Virus record (IMG/VR): IMGVR_UViG_3300010052_000147
Coordinates: 1-41,644 of that record
Length of the DNA: 41,644 bases
Origin: a virus
Lineage: Duplodnaviria; Caudoviricetes
Direction: 5' to 3' (one strand)
A program made the translations under genes and the position numbers. A model generated the notes under the pieces. The model was given only the letters and a program-made list of their open reading frames with translations. It did not search any database and had not been told where the DNA came from. Shown in pieces: positions 40,443-41,644 of this stretch (positions are counted from its first letter, which is position 1; every line of letters begins with the position of its first letter).

Positions 40443-41644
40443 AATGGCGCAAGCTCGCATCGGGACTTTCGCCCGTGTGGGTCGCCGATGAGGCTGACGT
40501 CGCGAAGGGCTACGCGCCGAAGACGCTTAATCTGAAGCACCTGGCCGACCAGCCCGACGTGCTGATTGCGAAATGCAATGCGCTGCAGGCCGACATGCTG
40601 CTCTGGCGGACCGGCTATCGTGCCGACCCGATGAAGTTCGACGGCACTATCCGGTCGCTGCTGGACATCTACCAGCGCCACGAATACAGCCCCTACCGCT
40701 CCTTGAAGCCGGGCACGCTCGTTCCATACAACCACTATCTCGGCAAGCTCCAAGGCCACATCGGCACGATCCGGCTGAACGACATCAGCGGCGTCGACAT
40801 CTTGAAATGGCACGCAGTCTGGTCGGAGAATGGCCGCTACCTCGCCGCCGCGGCAATGGCACGCGCCGTGCTCGAGGCTGCGCTATCGTTCGGCGCCATG
40901 CTGCGGTTCGACGGTGCCGCAGAACTGACTGTCGTAATCCGAGAGGCCCGAAAGAAGCTGCCGAACTCCCGGCCGCGCACGTCTACCGCAACGGCCGATC
41001 AGGTGGTGGCGGCCAGGCGCGCTGCTCACCAGAATGGCCGGCCGTCGTCGGCACTCGCCTATGCACTGGCCTTCGAAACCACGCTGCGCCTTTGGGATGC
41101 CATCGGCCAGTGGTTCCCGCTCGACTGGCGCGAAATGTCGGACGTGATTGATGCCGAACGCAAGATGAAATGGTTCGGCGTGAAGTGGGAGGATGTCGGA
41201 CCCGACATGGTGCTGCGCTACCAGCCGACCAAGACAGAGGATTCCACGGGACTGACCATCACCTATCCGCTTGCGAAAGCCCCGATGGTGATCGAGGAGC
41301 TCGCGTATTGCCCGCAGGAAGTCAGGATAGGGCCGATGGTTAAAAACGAGGAAACCGGGCTTCCATTTCGGGCGCAAATCTTCCGGCAGCGATGGAGCGT
41401 CGATCGGAAGACGGCGAAGCTACCTTCGACGCTGTGGGCGAGAGACTTGCGGGCCTCCGGAATCACGGAAGGGCGCGCGTCGGACGTTTCGACCGACGAT
41501 GCCGCCAAGGTCGCAGGTCATGCCGATAAGGCGACCACGTCGCGGGTCTATGACAGGGCAGTGTTGGAGGCGGCAGATCGGTTTGCGGACGCTCGAATTC
41601 GGGGGCGGGAACGGACCGGTAACGGGAGCGGTAACGTGCGGTAA
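40415..41644 (+). CDS. int: Tyrosine integrase
   Basis: ETTLR (R), TKT (K), RDLRASG (HxxR variant), AGH and TTSRVY (catalytic Y); GAGGA RBS. Confidence 0.9.
   Translation: MEKIKAPGLKWRKLASGLSPVWVADEADVAKGYAPKTLNLKHLADQPDVLIAKCNALQADMLLWRTGYRADPMKFDGTIRSLLDIYQRHEYSPYRSLKPGTLVPYNHYLGKLQGHIGTIRLNDISGVDILKWHAVWSENGRYLAAAAMARAVLEAALSFGAMLRFDGAAELTVVIREARKKLPNSRPRTSTATADQVVAARRAAHQNGRPSSALAYALAFETTLRLWDAIGQWFPLDWREMSDVIDAERKMKWFGVKWEDVGPDMVLRYQPTKTEDSTGLTITYPLAKAPMVIEELAYCPQEVRIGPMVKNEETGLPFRAQIFRQRWSVDRKTAKLPSTLWARDLRASGITEGRASDVSTDDAAKVAGHADKATTSRVYDRAVLEAADRFADARIRGRERTGNGSGNVR
41606..41644 (+). repeat. Short direct repeats CGG(T/G)AACG, candidate integrase arm sites
   Basis: CGGGAACG at 41606, CGGTAACG at 41617 and 41629, CGGTAA at 41639. 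Confidence 0.5.

Larger units (their letters stand above)
1..41644. mobile_element. Temperate siphovirus-like prophage (HK97-type head, long non-contractile tail) of a Rhizobiales-like host; both att ends lie outside the window
   Basis: Continuous lysis-tail-head-packaging-replication-immunity-integration gene order; tape measure and tail tube present, no sheath; frequent ATGA/TGATG gene coupling; no obvious broken core gene. Confidence 0.95.

Overview
The whole window is one GC-rich temperate siphovirus-type prophage. Its accessory genes (DUF982, DUF6074-like, an exported beta-helix protein) and promoter motifs point to a Rhizobiales/Hyphomicrobiales host. It runs from the lysis cassette (left edge, truncated) to a tyrosine integrase whose stop is the last codon of the window. 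Minus-strand late operon, in transcription order: HNH nuclease, cos-like region, TerS, TerL, HK97-type portal, S49 protease, major capsid, decoration, head-tail joining, tail tube, G/GT chaperones with a -1 slippery site, tape measure with a lysozyme-like domain, tail tip proteins, tailspike, endolysin, holin and spanin-like genes. Minus-strand early operon: Cro-like, Rep-like, DGQHR/ParB-like, RNase HI and a late-regulator-position gene. A lambda-like CI/Cro switch has five readable 16-bp operators. Plus-strand early operon: ParB-like, Tat-signal protein, stand-alone S24 domain, Xis-like and Int. There are two accessory zones. (i) 1.3-3.5 kb holds an exported beta-helix protein and an O-acyltransferase next to the tailspike. 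(ii) 26.9-29.6 kb holds small plus-strand genes behind EcfG-type and RpoH-like promoter motifs, plus a stand-alone ~120-nt structured RNA candidate with its own sigma70 promoter and terminator. Best leads: that sRNA, the stress-sigma-wired moron island, a repressor that appears to lack its catalytic Lys paired with a separate Cys-Lys S24 protein, and a plasmid-like Rep/origin/RNase H module. All family calls come from motif recognition and gene order by eye; no database search was run. I saw no CRISPR array, tRNA, rRNA, IS element or reverse transcriptase.
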